DNA of 20,000 nt from an uncultured virus (IMG/VR IMGVR_UViG_3300028588_000802) (IMGVR_UViG_3300028588_000802); one strand, 5' to 3'; positions 7,758-18,764 are shown, numbered from the stretch's first letter. Notes: generated by a model from the sequence alone, not told the origin. Made by a program: numbers and translations.

Positions 7758-8963
7758 TTACGCGGCGAGCCTGTCCTCGGGGGTCAGGCTAAAGCGGCTC
7801 AAGTCCTTCACCGAGCGCAGGATTGCGATACCTGCGGTGCCCAGAACGGTCACGACCTCGTCGCCCTCGAGCAGCCAGTCGAAGAAGCGCGTTTTCAGGC
7901 GCACTCCGAGGGAGTCACTCAGCCGGGCGCACTTCACGCCGCCACTCGGCGCTTTCACGAGCATCACCTGGTCGGAATAGAGTCGCAGCTCCATTGGCTG
8001 ACCACGCTTCATGCCCACCACCTTGCCGGCCAGTCCGTCGATGTCGATGTGGCGAGTGTGCACCTTGCCGGATTCGAGCACTGGAAGGATGGTCCAGGCG
8101 ACGGCGCCGATGCCGGCGGCATCCTCTTGCGTGCTCGGGGGGACTGCCATCTCCGGCCCATCGAGTTTTTCACGTCCCTTGTGCTTTTCGGAGAAGTTAC
8201 GCTTTGCAACCTCGACCATTGACACGCGCATCTCGTCTTCATCGCCCAGACCGAACTTGGCCAACTCGTCCTTGGAAGGAAGAAGAGTGATGCCATCCCG
8301 GCCGTAGACTGCAACGACCTGGCTCTGCTCGCCGAACTGCTCGAAATATCGGGCGCTCAGGCGGAAGCCTGGGAACGTTTTCTTGTCCATGCACAGAAGG
8401 GAGCCTTCATCGTCTTTCAACACGGTGACCCGGTCTTCATAGACAGTGACCCGCACGCGGTCGCCTGGTGCCAGGCCGGTGTCGCTGAGGAATTTGCCCT
8501 GCACGTCGATGAATCGGATGTGCGCGCGGTCCTTTAGCGCAGAGACCGCCGCCCAGCGCCAGCCGAAGGCCGAGAAGGCCTTGTGGTCAGGGGTGTCGAG
8601 CGTTGGCATCGGAAGATTGATTGGTCGCAGCACAAGCGCGCCGGCGAGGGCGGCGATGGACAGCTGGGCATCAATCGGCAGGCCCATAGCCTCGGAGTGC
8701 AGTTGGATTTTCTGCTCGAAGTCGACTGTTACGCACGCCAGTCGAGTTGGGTCTTCGGCGCGGCGCAGGACCCAGCCTTCTGCATGGCGGAAGAGCTGAA
8801 GTCGGCTTCCCGCTTCGAGGCCCGAGGCCTTCAGGAAGCGCGCAGGGATTCGGAATCGCCAGGACCCGTTACTGGCATAGGCTCGGCTTTGGCCGGACAG
8901 AAGTGGCTCGTCGGCCGGCAGTGGAACTTCGGTTGCAATTGTCGATACGATAAAAGGGCTCAT
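7758..8963 (-). CDS. Multi-repeat AbrB/MazE/SymE-like swapped-hairpin protein (401 aa)
   Basis: FRIPARFLKASGLEAGSRL, IDVQGKFLSDTGLAPGDRVRVTVYEDRVTV and IDIDGLAGKVVGMKRGQPMELRLYSDQVML each match AbrB/SymE-type motifs. There is an internal ~100-aa duplication. Confidence 0.65.
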   Translation of the reverse strand: MSPFIVSTIATEVPLPADEPLLSGQSRAYASNGSWRFRIPARFLKASGLEAGSRLQLFRHAEGWVLRRAEDPTRLACVTVDFEQKIQLHSEAMGLPIDAQLSIAALAGALVLRPINLPMPTLDTPDHKAFSAFGWRWAAVSALKDRAHIRFIDVQGKFLSDTGLAPGDRVRVTVYEDRVTVLKDDEGSLLCMDKKTFPGFRLSARYFEQFGEQSQVVAVYGRDGITLLPSKDELAKFGLGDEDEMRVSMVEVAKRNFSEKHKGREKLDGPEMAVPPSTQEDAAGIGAVAWTILPVLESGKVHTRHIDIDGLAGKVVGMKRGQPMELRLYSDQVMLVKAPSGGVKCARLSDSLGVRLKTRFFDWLLEGDEVVTVLGTAGIAILRSVKDLSRFSLTPEDRLAA

Positions 8964-9514
8964 ACTCTCTTCGGTTCAAATTCGGTTAGAGGTGCGATGG
9001 TGGCCCAGGGAAAGGCAGTGCTCGAGGAGGGGCGCCGGTAATCCCGGTGAAAATTCCCCCGGTAATTTTGCGCGTTTCGCCACCCCGTTCGCGCTCCGCG
9101 AAGCAACTCGAGCACCGGCATGCTGTGCGGTGTACGAGGCCCAACGTGCGCCATGGACGAGGAGGTGAGGGGAATGCTCGAGAAGTGCGTAGAGAAGCGA
9201 AAGTACGCCAAACGTCGGCGTACTCTGAACAATCGGCGCGCGGTGGCGAGGAGACGACACTTGGACAGTCCCTGCTTCAGCTGCTTCCCGCTGTGCAAAA
9301 CCAGCTTGTGAGGTCAAGTTCCCGCCTAAATGCTGCGCCGGCGCCAGACGATGATTCATGATGCTTCGTGACTTTCCGTGAGACAACTAAACTGGTGCTA
9401 TAGTAATCTATTCGTAGTGGGTTTGTATACCCTGTGTAGGAACATTCTCACAAATTATCACGATGGCGGGGGTAGTGAAACTACGTAGAGGGGTCGTGCA
9501 AGCCCCGTAAATGC

Positions 9515-10201
9515 TTAGCCTTGGCTTAAAATCGGCTTGGAAGCTTGTAGGAGAACTTCTGCTAGTCCTTCCAGCGATTCGCTGCTATTTAGCCGCTTAG
9601 CGGCGCTACCCAGAGCGATTCGCATGCGTCGATTATGGATACGCAAAGCCGTAATTTCGTCGACAACCGTTTCGTGGCCGCCCAGCAGGTTGAAGTCCAC
9701 GTCCAGTGAGCGAAGCGCTTCCGCATTGCCCATTGCATCGACCAACGGGTCGTGCGTTGCCTTTGTGACGATTCGCTCGCGCCATTCGCGGCCCGCGTGA
9801 AGGTTTGCTACCAGGCCGCCGTAGATGTCGCCGATTCGTTTCGCGGAGTGTCCGAACGGGTTGCCCGCCGTGAACGCATGGAAGTAGTAGTTGATGAACT
9901 GCCAGTCGAAGGCCGGGTTGTCGGACACGAATACAACGTCCCGGTCCTGGGCACGCAGCGCCATCACCCACTTGTGGAACTCGTTCATTACCGGTGCCGG
10001 GTCAGAATAGGTCAAGTGCTGTTCGCGAGTCACGCCAGAGATGGCCAGCGACTCCGGGTCCCACCTCTCGGAAATTGGGCGAACGTTCGCGCGGAACGTG
10101 GTCTTGAGCTCTTGGTCGACGCGCACGGCGGCGAAGCTGACCATAGAGAACAGCCCCGCTGCGGGGCCGTCCGCTTCAACGTCTACAACGACTGGAATCA
10201 T
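9515..10201 (-). CDS. DEDDh 3'-5' exonuclease (DnaQ-like, RNase AS/DUF5051-type)
   Basis: ExoI VVVDVEADGP, ExoII SDNPAFDWQFINYYF, ExoIII HDPLVDAMGNA. Confidence 0.88.
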   Translation of the reverse strand: MIPVVVDVEADGPAAGLFSMVSFAAVRVDQELKTTFRANVRPISERWDPESLAISGVTREQHLTYSDPAPVMNEFHKWVMALRAQDRDVVFVSDNPAFDWQFINYYFHAFTAGNPFGHSAKRIGDIYGGLVANLHAGREWRERIVTKATHDPLVDAMGNAEALRSLDVDFNLLGGHETVVDEITALRIHNRRMRIALGSAAKRLNSSESLEGLAEVLLQASKPILSQG

Positions 10202-10210
10202 CTTTTTCCC

Positions 10211-11035
10211 TTATGCGAGGGCGTACAGGATGCGCACCTGGTTGCCGCGGCCGGCATCGGCAGCTTCTTTCGCCTGTTTGTATGCATCGAGTGTGCAGGT
10301 CTTCCACGTGCTCCAGCGACCGTCGTCGGCAGGGTCTTCATGCATGTCGCGGTAGCGGTATTGGTACACCGGGTTGTTCAGGGTGCCGGCCGGAAGCAGG
10401 AGGTATTCGGTGACCGAGCAGGTCTTCGCGATGCGCGCTTCCAGGGATGCGATGAGTTCCTTGCTTGGTTCTTCCGGGCAGGTCATCACATGGACGCCGG
10501 CCTCGTCGTTGACCACCCAAACGCGCTGGTAGAGACGCGATTCGCCGTCGAGGGGAGGGGCGCCTGGCCCCTGCGCTTTCGTACCAACCAGCTGCGCACG
10601 GCGAGCACGAGCATTTTCCAGCTTTTCGTCTGCGTCAGGGTCCGAGCCATCGATGATTGCTTCCAGGCCCTTGAGTTGCTCGAATTGCAGGCTATGGCGC
10701 AGGACGAGCTCGGAGAGGTCTGCACGGTGTTGCTCAGGCACCGCGGCGAGGTCGTGGAACGTGTCGCCAGGCGCGCGTCGAGCCGACACGGTATTGCGGG
10801 CATCGGCTAGAGGAGGGGATTCTTGTTCCAGGGCCCGGCAGCTACGGGCATGCGCGATGACCTCATCGGCAGAGGGCCATACACCCTCGACCACGGCCCG
10901 CGAGTAGTCCAGGTCCATGCCGACGTCATTGTAGTTCTCCAGAACAAGGGCGAAGAGCTCGCTTTGCTCGGCAGGCAGCGCAGGAAGAATAGAGGAGATT
11001 TTGCGGTTATAACGGCAGAGGTTGCAGTCGCACAT
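10211..11035 (-). CDS. Hypothetical protein (274 aa), N-terminal CxCxxC
   Basis: Co-oriented ORF ending 9 bp before the exonuclease start, with a promoter motif upstream. Confidence 0.75.
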   Translation of the reverse strand: MCDCNLCRYNRKISSILPALPAEQSELFALVLENYNDVGMDLDYSRAVVEGVWPSADEVIAHARSCRALEQESPPLADARNTVSARRAPGDTFHDLAAVPEQHRADLSELVLRHSLQFEQLKGLEAIIDGSDPDADEKLENARARRAQLVGTKAQGPGAPPLDGESRLYQRVWVVNDEAGVHVMTCPEEPSKELIASLEARIAKTCSVTEYLLLPAGTLNNPVYQYRYRDMHEDPADDGRWSTWKTCTLDAYKQAKEAADAGRGNQVRILYALA

Positions 11036-11046
11036 GGTCAGCGGTC

Positions 11047-11078
11047 CGGTAAATTATTTCCGCTATAGTACCATATTC
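11047..11078 (-). promoter_or_regulatory. Extended -10 promoter with an adjacent 16-bp palindrome
   Basis: Minus strand reads GAATATGGTACTAT (11065-11078). CGGTA-AATTAT-TTCCG (11047-11062) overlaps the predicted start site. Confidence 0.6.
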
Positions 11079-11103
11079 CAACAGTAAAATATACGCTGGG
11101 GCC

Positions 11104-11448
11104 TTACCCGGTCGTGTGCTGTACTTGCTCAGCCTTGACGAGCTCGAGTACAAAGTCACAGCCTTCTCCGCCTAGCGGGGCATACTCGACCTCGATGTCG
11201 AACAGCTCCGTAAGGAAGTCATGGAAAAAGTGATTCATCGCGACTTCATCGAGCGTGACCTTCTGTGCAGGGATAGCGAATTCAACGTGTCCCCCGTAGG
11301 TGCAAGACATTCGGAGCGACAACGAGTATCGCTTTGCGACGTCCCTCAGCGAATTGTAATACTCCTCTTCAGCTTCGACCTGCTCGTCAGAGAGGTCTGC
11401 CGGCAGAGGTACTCGAAAGTACAGGTCTTTTTGGATGAGAAGCTTCAT
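11104..11448 (-). CDS. Acidic hypothetical protein (114 aa)
   Basis: GGAG SD before the ATG; part of a co-oriented gene run. Confidence 0.75.
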   Translation of the reverse strand: MKLLIQKDLYFRVPLPADLSDEQVEAEEEYYNSLRDVAKRYSLSLRMSCTYGGHVEFAIPAQKVTLDEVAMNHFFHDFLTELFDIEVEYAPLGGEGCDFVLELVKAEQVQHTTG

Positions 11449-11478
11449 CGGAGACTCCGGGTTTGTAGGGGTGTGCAG

Positions 11479-12261
11479 TCAGGAGGCGGCGACCAGCTTC
11501 AGTCCGGCAGGCAGGCCGTTGTTTTCTTCGGGCTGGTGCCGATGGGGCACTTTCTCAGCATGGCATACCCCGCACATCGGGCCGCACTCCGTGGAGTAGC
11601 TGGCCGCCCAGGCGGGCCGGCGCCGTTTGGCCGTCGGCAGGTCGCAAGCGATACAGATGTCGGTTGCCATGCGCAGGTGCGGAACCTTCATGAAGTCGGC
11701 GACTCGCCCGAGGAGGGACGAGCATTGGCCGCCGTCGATGCCCCAGCCGTATCCCGCCTCCCGGGATACAACCCAGACATCCGGGTGATACCTGGCGAAC
11801 CATTGTTCGCGGCGGGAGAGCCAGGCGTCGTCGGACTCCCCGCGTTCTCGGCCGCAGTACGCAACGCAGTGGTTCACACCGAGCATGCGACGGTACGCTG
11901 GTCGGGTGCTCAGCTTTCCGTCGTCGAGACCGCCCCCGACCTGTGCTTCAATCCAACCGCGGTGAGCAACCGCGATAGGGTCAATGATGGTGTCCATCTC
12001 GCGCGCCATGTCCATACTGACAATGAATGCCATTGGCTGGGACGAGTCCAGCAGTCCGTCGACACCGTCCGCTTTGGCTCGGCAGGCATGCAGGTATTGC
12101 ATCGCGGCTTCCGGCGCCAGCGGGGCCGTAACCTCCGCGAGTTGCTCGCAGCGCTCGGACCAGCTCCTAGCCCCGATTTGGTCCCAAGCGGTAACCGGAT
12201 TAGCGTAGCGGTCCGCGTACTTAGCCGCGCGTTCGCGCAAGTGTTTTTCGACGTAATGCAT
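11479..12261 (-). CDS. Hypothetical protein with C-terminal CxxC pairs (~260 aa)
   Basis: ATG 12261 with a GGAG SD lies 11 bp after the upstream stop; the ORF-track start at 12351 overlaps the upstream gene. CIAC..CGVC motifs are present. Confidence 0.75.
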   Translation of the reverse strand: MHYVEKHLRERAAKYADRYANPVTAWDQIGARSWSERCEQLAEVTAPLAPEAAMQYLHACRAKADGVDGLLDSSQPMAFIVSMDMAREMDTIIDPIAVAHRGWIEAQVGGGLDDGKLSTRPAYRRMLGVNHCVAYCGRERGESDDAWLSRREQWFARYHPDVWVVSREAGYGWGIDGGQCSSLLGRVADFMKVPHLRMATDICIACDLPTAKRRRPAWAASYSTECGPMCGVCHAEKVPHRHQPEENNGLPAGLKLVAAS

Positions 12262-12272
12262 CTTCGACTCCG

Positions 12273-15200
12273 TTAAGCGGTAGGCAAGCCAGGGAAAAAT
12301 TCCGAGACGCGGAATGCGCCGGTAGCGGTATAGCATTGCGGCGGGAACCACACGTCGTCAAGAGGAAACGCATTCTTGCGGCTGAAGTGGCCACGCTCCG
12401 GCTCCAGCTTACCTGCAGCAAGCAAGGTCAACGAGTGGTCCAGCTTCGCTGGTCCTTCGTATTGGCGGTCGGACAGCATGTAATCGCAGTAGCTCGAGAC
12501 GCCGGTCGCCATGATGCCGAGCTTGAAGTCTTTGGCTTCGGCGCGCGTTTGCACCGTGAAATTAAGCTCTGGCCCGACGTACGGGATTGGCTTCTTGTCC
12601 GCACCTTTACGCAGCTTTGGCAGCGTATAGCCCTGCTCGCTGAGAACCGCGCGCTGTGCATCCGAGCCGTAGAAATACAGCAGGTCGTACACCTTCACAC
12701 GGAGGCCCAGGGCGCTCCGGCGCGCGGTTTTGAGCGCAATCGGAATCAGCACGTCTTCATTCTTTTCTGCGGGGTTGCGGTCCGATGCCCACGACTTTGT
12801 CTGGGCCGTCAGCAGGAGCCAAGCTTCGTCACTAACGCCTTGACGCTCGCCCTTGAACGCGCCGGACAGGACGCGAACGCATTCGGCCGTTTTGTCGAGC
12901 ATAGCCTGCAGCTCTTCAAGCGAACCACCGCGAGTGTCGGCTTCCGAGCGCTCGAATTCGCACTCGGTTGCGACCCGGTGCATCTCAGTCTCGCCAAGGA
13001 TGACACCTTTCGGCAGCCAAACAGTCGTCGGCGCTTCCTTGCTTGGTTTGCCAGCCACGTTGAAGGTACGGCGACCAACCCATTGCCAGTTCGCGATACG
13101 CGGGTCGCGCTCCTCGGCCGGCTGCTCGTAATAGGCGACGAGCATGCCTTTCTTGCCGCGAGTGATGCGCACGACCTTGCCGCCGACGGCTTCCACGCAA
13201 GCGATAACCTTTGGAACGGCGTTGAGGTAGCTGAAAGCCGTTTCAGCCAGCTGTCGGTCGAGAACCTCGAACTCATGCGATGCCGTATGCGGCAGCACGC
13301 TCACGCTCACTTCGCGCGTCGAGTGCTTCTCGCGCCAGGTCTGAATAGCGGACAGCACCGCGGCGTCGGCCGCGCTGACAGGCAGACCGTAGTGGTGGAC
13401 GGCACGGTCCTTGAGCAGCGCCACGCCAGGCGCATTTTCTGCTTCCTCTTCGCCGAGCAGCTGGATAGCCAGCTTGAAACCGTAGAGGTAGTTTTCGTGC
13501 GATGCGCGGCTGCGGCGGTTGTAGACGAACGGACGCAGTTCGTCCACCTTGACGGTATCTGCAATCAGGTAGCCCAGCCGGTCGTGCTCTAGCTTGTTGA
13601 GTGCGACGCGAACGTCAAAGTGCGTGCGCTCGAGCTTGCGGCGGGTCCAACCGCTGTACGAATACGAGTCCGTACGCTCGACAGGGAGGTACACGACCAG
13701 GTCGCCCTTGTCCCGGAACACGGTCAGCATGTTCGTCTTGCTGCGCGCACGCACGAGCAGGCTCGGGTCGGTGCGGTAGCTGCCAGGGCTGTAGGCGCCG
13801 GGAGCAGCTCGTTGCTGGAGCAGCTCGCGACCGAACACCAACACGCGGCAGCCGGCCGTCAGCTGGTCATGGTTCTGTCGGATGAGCTCATGGACCGAGC
13901 CCACATTGTCGCCGAGCATGACGTCGCCGTCGTCATCGGAGACGAAGCGCATGTACTTTGCCTGGAAGCTCATCGAAATGAAGCTAAACGTCTCGCTGTC
14001 CGGGTAGAAGTCACCGAAGAGCTTGTGCATGTGGTCCAGGCCGCAGGCCAGAATCAGGAATCGCTTGTAGGTCAGCGATTTCCGGTCGAACTCTTTCGTG
14101 CGATTCGTGAAGCGCAGGTCGTCGAAGTTGATTTGTTCGCCATCCAGGCCGCGGAAGACCTCGTTCATTTCGTTGCGCGTCGGGAACAGACGCGCCGAGA
14201 CTTCGTGCGACGGCTCATCCGACCAAACCTGGTACCAGTTCTCGCCGTTGCGCACGAGCAGGAACAGAGCCTTGTTGTGGTTGTTGCGGGCTTCGTTGTT
14301 GATGATGTCGGCCAGCGACTTCGCGTCGTACTTAACGTCGCTGCGACGAATAGCCATCGACACCACGCCACGGGGCGCCGGAATGAGCTGTTGACGCAGC
14401 GTCTCGTTGGTTTCCAGCTCTTTGAAGAAGTCGTCGGTGTGCGTATAGTCGAAATTTGGGGTCACATCCGCCCACACAGCGAATTCCTCGGCCATGAAGA
14501 GCTTGCGCTGGTACAGCGTCAGAGGCTCGGTCGACGGCGCCGCGGCGCCTTTCAGCAGTGGATTGATGGTAACGCCTTCGCCGGTGTAGAGGCGCAATGA
14601 TGCCAGGCCCTTCTCGACGTCCTTGGCCAACCCGAGCTGGTCGTGTGCGCGTGCCAGAGCCACGGCCGCATGCTCAGCCATGAACGGAGTAAGGCGCTGC
14701 AGGTGGCGGCCCATCTTCTCGGCTTTTTCTTTAATCCAGGTGCCTTGGATTTCGGCAATCTTGCCCTGTTTTTGAGCCATGTGGCGGAATACCGCTACGT
14801 CCGTGGAGCGAATCTTGTGCTGGACAGCGGCGGACAGGTTGAAGCGGCCGTTGGTGGTAAGGGCCGGCAGATTGGAGGAGGGCTTGGCGTCAACCTCTTC
14901 ATCGTCTTCGCCGCGCTCACGTTCACGCGCACGCGCGAGGTCCGCTTCCCACTTGCGCAGGCCTTCTTCGATTACGGGCTGCAGGACGGCAGGGTTGGTC
15001 TGTGACTCGGCGATTTCTGCCTGGACGTCGGCAACGTCCTGGTGAATCTGGGCCATCTGACGCTCGCGGAATTCACGGGCTTCGTCGTCGGGCAGCACTT
15101 CGAAGTTGGCCATGAGCATGTCGATGGTCAGTTTGCCCTTGCAGTTGCCCTGAGTCGGGTCGTCGAGCAGGACGACCGTATGGAGCTTGCCGTCAACGAA

Positions 15201-15401
15201 CTCGAGGTTGACCAGCAGATACAGGGCCGATTCGACGAACTTAAAGGAGGAGCCTTCACGCCACTCCGCCATGCCGGTCGTGTCCTTATTGCAGTACCAG
15301 AAGTGACCTGGCTCGATAATGGCGGTGTGCTCGATGCGGTGGATGTTACCCGAGTCTTTGTCGTCGTCGCGGTCGCTGTCGAGAATAATCAGTTCGCTCA
15401 T
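12273..15401 (-). CDS. Large hypothetical protein (~1042 aa) with an N-terminal coiled-coil region
   Basis: >3 kb ORF with GC3-biased codons. AGGA SD precedes ATG 15401 (alternative start 15443). No catalytic motif recognised. Confidence 0.9.
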   Translation of the reverse strand: MSELIILDSDRDDDKDSGNIHRIEHTAIIEPGHFWYCNKDTTGMAEWREGSSFKFVESALYLLVNLEFVDGKLHTVVLLDDPTQGNCKGKLTIDMLMANFEVLPDDEAREFRERQMAQIHQDVADVQAEIAESQTNPAVLQPVIEEGLRKWEADLARARERERGEDDEEVDAKPSSNLPALTTNGRFNLSAAVQHKIRSTDVAVFRHMAQKQGKIAEIQGTWIKEKAEKMGRHLQRLTPFMAEHAAVALARAHDQLGLAKDVEKGLASLRLYTGEGVTINPLLKGAAAPSTEPLTLYQRKLFMAEEFAVWADVTPNFDYTHTDDFFKELETNETLRQQLIPAPRGVVSMAIRRSDVKYDAKSLADIINNEARNNHNKALFLLVRNGENWYQVWSDEPSHEVSARLFPTRNEMNEVFRGLDGEQINFDDLRFTNRTKEFDRKSLTYKRFLILACGLDHMHKLFGDFYPDSETFSFISMSFQAKYMRFVSDDDGDVMLGDNVGSVHELIRQNHDQLTAGCRVLVFGRELLQQRAAPGAYSPGSYRTDPSLLVRARSKTNMLTVFRDKGDLVVYLPVERTDSYSYSGWTRRKLERTHFDVRVALNKLEHDRLGYLIADTVKVDELRPFVYNRRSRASHENYLYGFKLAIQLLGEEEAENAPGVALLKDRAVHHYGLPVSAADAAVLSAIQTWREKHSTREVSVSVLPHTASHEFEVLDRQLAETAFSYLNAVPKVIACVEAVGGKVVRITRGKKGMLVAYYEQPAEERDPRIANWQWVGRRTFNVAGKPSKEAPTTVWLPKGVILGETEMHRVATECEFERSEADTRGGSLEELQAMLDKTAECVRVLSGAFKGERQGVSDEAWLLLTAQTKSWASDRNPAEKNEDVLIPIALKTARRSALGLRVKVYDLLYFYGSDAQRAVLSEQGYTLPKLRKGADKKPIPYVGPELNFTVQTRAEAKDFKLGIMATGVSSYCDYMLSDRQYEGPAKLDHSLTLLAAGKLEPERGHFSRKNAFPLDDVWFPPQCYTATGAFRVSEFFPGLPTA

Positions 15402-15458
15402 TTGGTGTCCTATCGAAGCCGGCCCAGCTGGCCGTGAGTTCATATTTTTAGAACAGCT

Positions 15459-15472
15459 ATATTAACATATTC
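15459..15472 (-). promoter_or_regulatory. Extended -10 promoter motif
   Basis: Minus strand reads GAATATGTTAATAT, matching the motifs at 1569-1582 and 11065-11078. Confidence 0.55.
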
Positions 15473-15484
15473 AGATGCTATAGT

Positions 15485-15514
15485 AAAAAGAAACCGGCAA
15501 ATATTTGCCGGTTT
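15485..15514 (-). terminator. Perfect 24-bp palindrome: terminator for the 15537 gene and/or operator
   Basis: AAACCGGCAAATATTTGCCGGTTT (15491-15514). On the minus strand it is followed by CTTTTT. Its core CGGCA-AATATT-TGCCG fits the recurring 16-bp motif. Confidence 0.6.
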
Positions 15515-15536
15515 TTAGGGGGAGGGAGCGCCGAGG

Positions 15537-16430
15537 TTACTTGGGAAAAGCGATACTTTCCAATAGGCCCGGACCTGACCGAAGCACTCGAAACGTATAA
15601 ACCGGACCCTTGGCCGAGGAAGTACGCTGGGCACGGATGAAGTAGTTCTGCCCACCTTGGGCCAGGTCGAAACTGTAACTAGCAGAGACTCTTTCAGCGA
15701 GGGGGAATTCCGCGTCAAATTGAGCGCGCAGCTCGTTCCCCGCAGTGGTCGCCACGGAGTTGCGACGGAGCTTCATGTAGCTTTGAGTGGGGCCGCAGAA
15801 AATATCGGAAGCAACGCGAAGGGTATTCTCCAACACCTTATCCGGGCCGCCCAGGTCAAAGCCTAGCGCCTCAGGCCACGGCGCACAGATTGCAGCAGGC
15901 GCTGGCCTGAGACTGGGGCGTTCACAGCCTTCCATGACGTCGTTCTGGAACTGTGGCGAGTGCTGATAGGCAACCCACTCCAGGTAATCGAGGTAGTCGT
16001 CGGGTGAGCACGTAAGCGCGGCCGGCCCTTCGTTGGCGAGCAGCTCTACAACGAGGTACGGCGCGGTCTCCCGAATCGGGTGGCTGGCCATCTCTGCTGC
16101 GGCTACTGCGGCAACGCACCACTGGAGTACCACCGTCCCATGTTTTGTCGCGGCCTCCGACCCTGGCGTAGCGGCTGCGAACGCCAGTGCATTTGCATTC
16201 AAGTGGTCCCAAGGCTCTAAACCCGACGGTTCCGTTTCACCTTGAGGGAGCGGAACCGCGCAGGGTTTCGGAAAGAGCGTCGTAAGTACCTCGATAACGG
16301 CCACCGACGTGTTAAAGACAATCCGGGCCAATTCAACAGAATGGCGTAATTGCCGGCGAATGCCGTCGACGACTAAGCCTTCTTGGGTCACGACCGCATT
16401 CGGGCCGATGTGTTGGACGAGGGTGCTCAT
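15537..16430 (-). CDS. Hypothetical protein (297 aa)
   Basis: Co-oriented ORF between the 69-aa gene and the palindrome. The C-terminus weakly resembles the N-terminal domain of PilT/DotB-type ATPases. Confidence 0.7.
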   Translation of the reverse strand: MSTLVQHIGPNAVVTQEGLVVDGIRRQLRHSVELARIVFNTSVAVIEVLTTLFPKPCAVPLPQGETEPSGLEPWDHLNANALAFAAATPGSEAATKHGTVVLQWCVAAVAAAEMASHPIRETAPYLVVELLANEGPAALTCSPDDYLDYLEWVAYQHSPQFQNDVMEGCERPSLRPAPAAICAPWPEALGFDLGGPDKVLENTLRVASDIFCGPTQSYMKLRRNSVATTAGNELRAQFDAEFPLAERVSASYSFDLAQGGQNYFIRAQRTSSAKGPVYTFRVLRSGPGLLESIAFPK

Positions 16431-16448
16431 GTTTGGGGATTGTGGACG

Positions 16449-16658
16449 TTAGTGCTCGATTGTCGAGGTGTCGAGTTCGGAGATATGCCAGGCTTCGGTG
16501 CCGACGCATTCGGTATTCTGAATGACGTTGTGCCGGTCGGCGCCAAAGAACAGGCCAAGCGTATCGCCGTCCACTGTGCAGACCATTCCGTCTTGGCCTG
16601 GCCTGAAGTCGGAGGTGCTTTTCACGCGGATGAAACTGCCGCTACGAATTTGGGTCAT
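16449..16658 (-). CDS. Small hypothetical protein (69 aa), beta-rich
   Basis: GGAG SD before the ATG; fits the gap between the ligA hairpin and the next gene. Confidence 0.7.
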   Translation of the reverse strand: MTQIRSGSFIRVKSTSDFRPGQDGMVCTVDGDTLGLFFGADRHNVIQNTECVGTEAWHISELDTSTIEH

Positions 16659-16682
16659 CTTTGGCTCCAGAGAATCGTCGAC

Positions 16683-16708
16683 AAATGGGGGCCAATGGCC
16701 CCCATTTT
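16683..16708 (-). terminator. Hairpin downstream of ligA (probable terminator)
   Basis: AAATGGGGGCC-aat-GGCCCCCATTT, 11-bp stem, ~7 bp after the ligA stop. Confidence 0.7.
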
Positions 16709-16714
16709 GCGTGC

Positions 16715-18751
<2,037 letters not shown>

Positions 18752-18764
18752 TTATGATGTGCTT

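Noticed and set aside
9035..9068. CCGGTAAT copies as additional 16-bp operators
   Set aside because: Only half-sites; the spacing and second arm do not fit CGGYA-W6-TDCCG.
9752..12276. Plus-strand ORFs of 352 aa and 351 aa
   Set aside because: They lie opposite several minus-strand genes that have better SD and motif support.
12336..14600. Plus-strand ORFs of 418 aa and 326 aa
   Set aside because: Antisense shadows of the large minus-strand gene.
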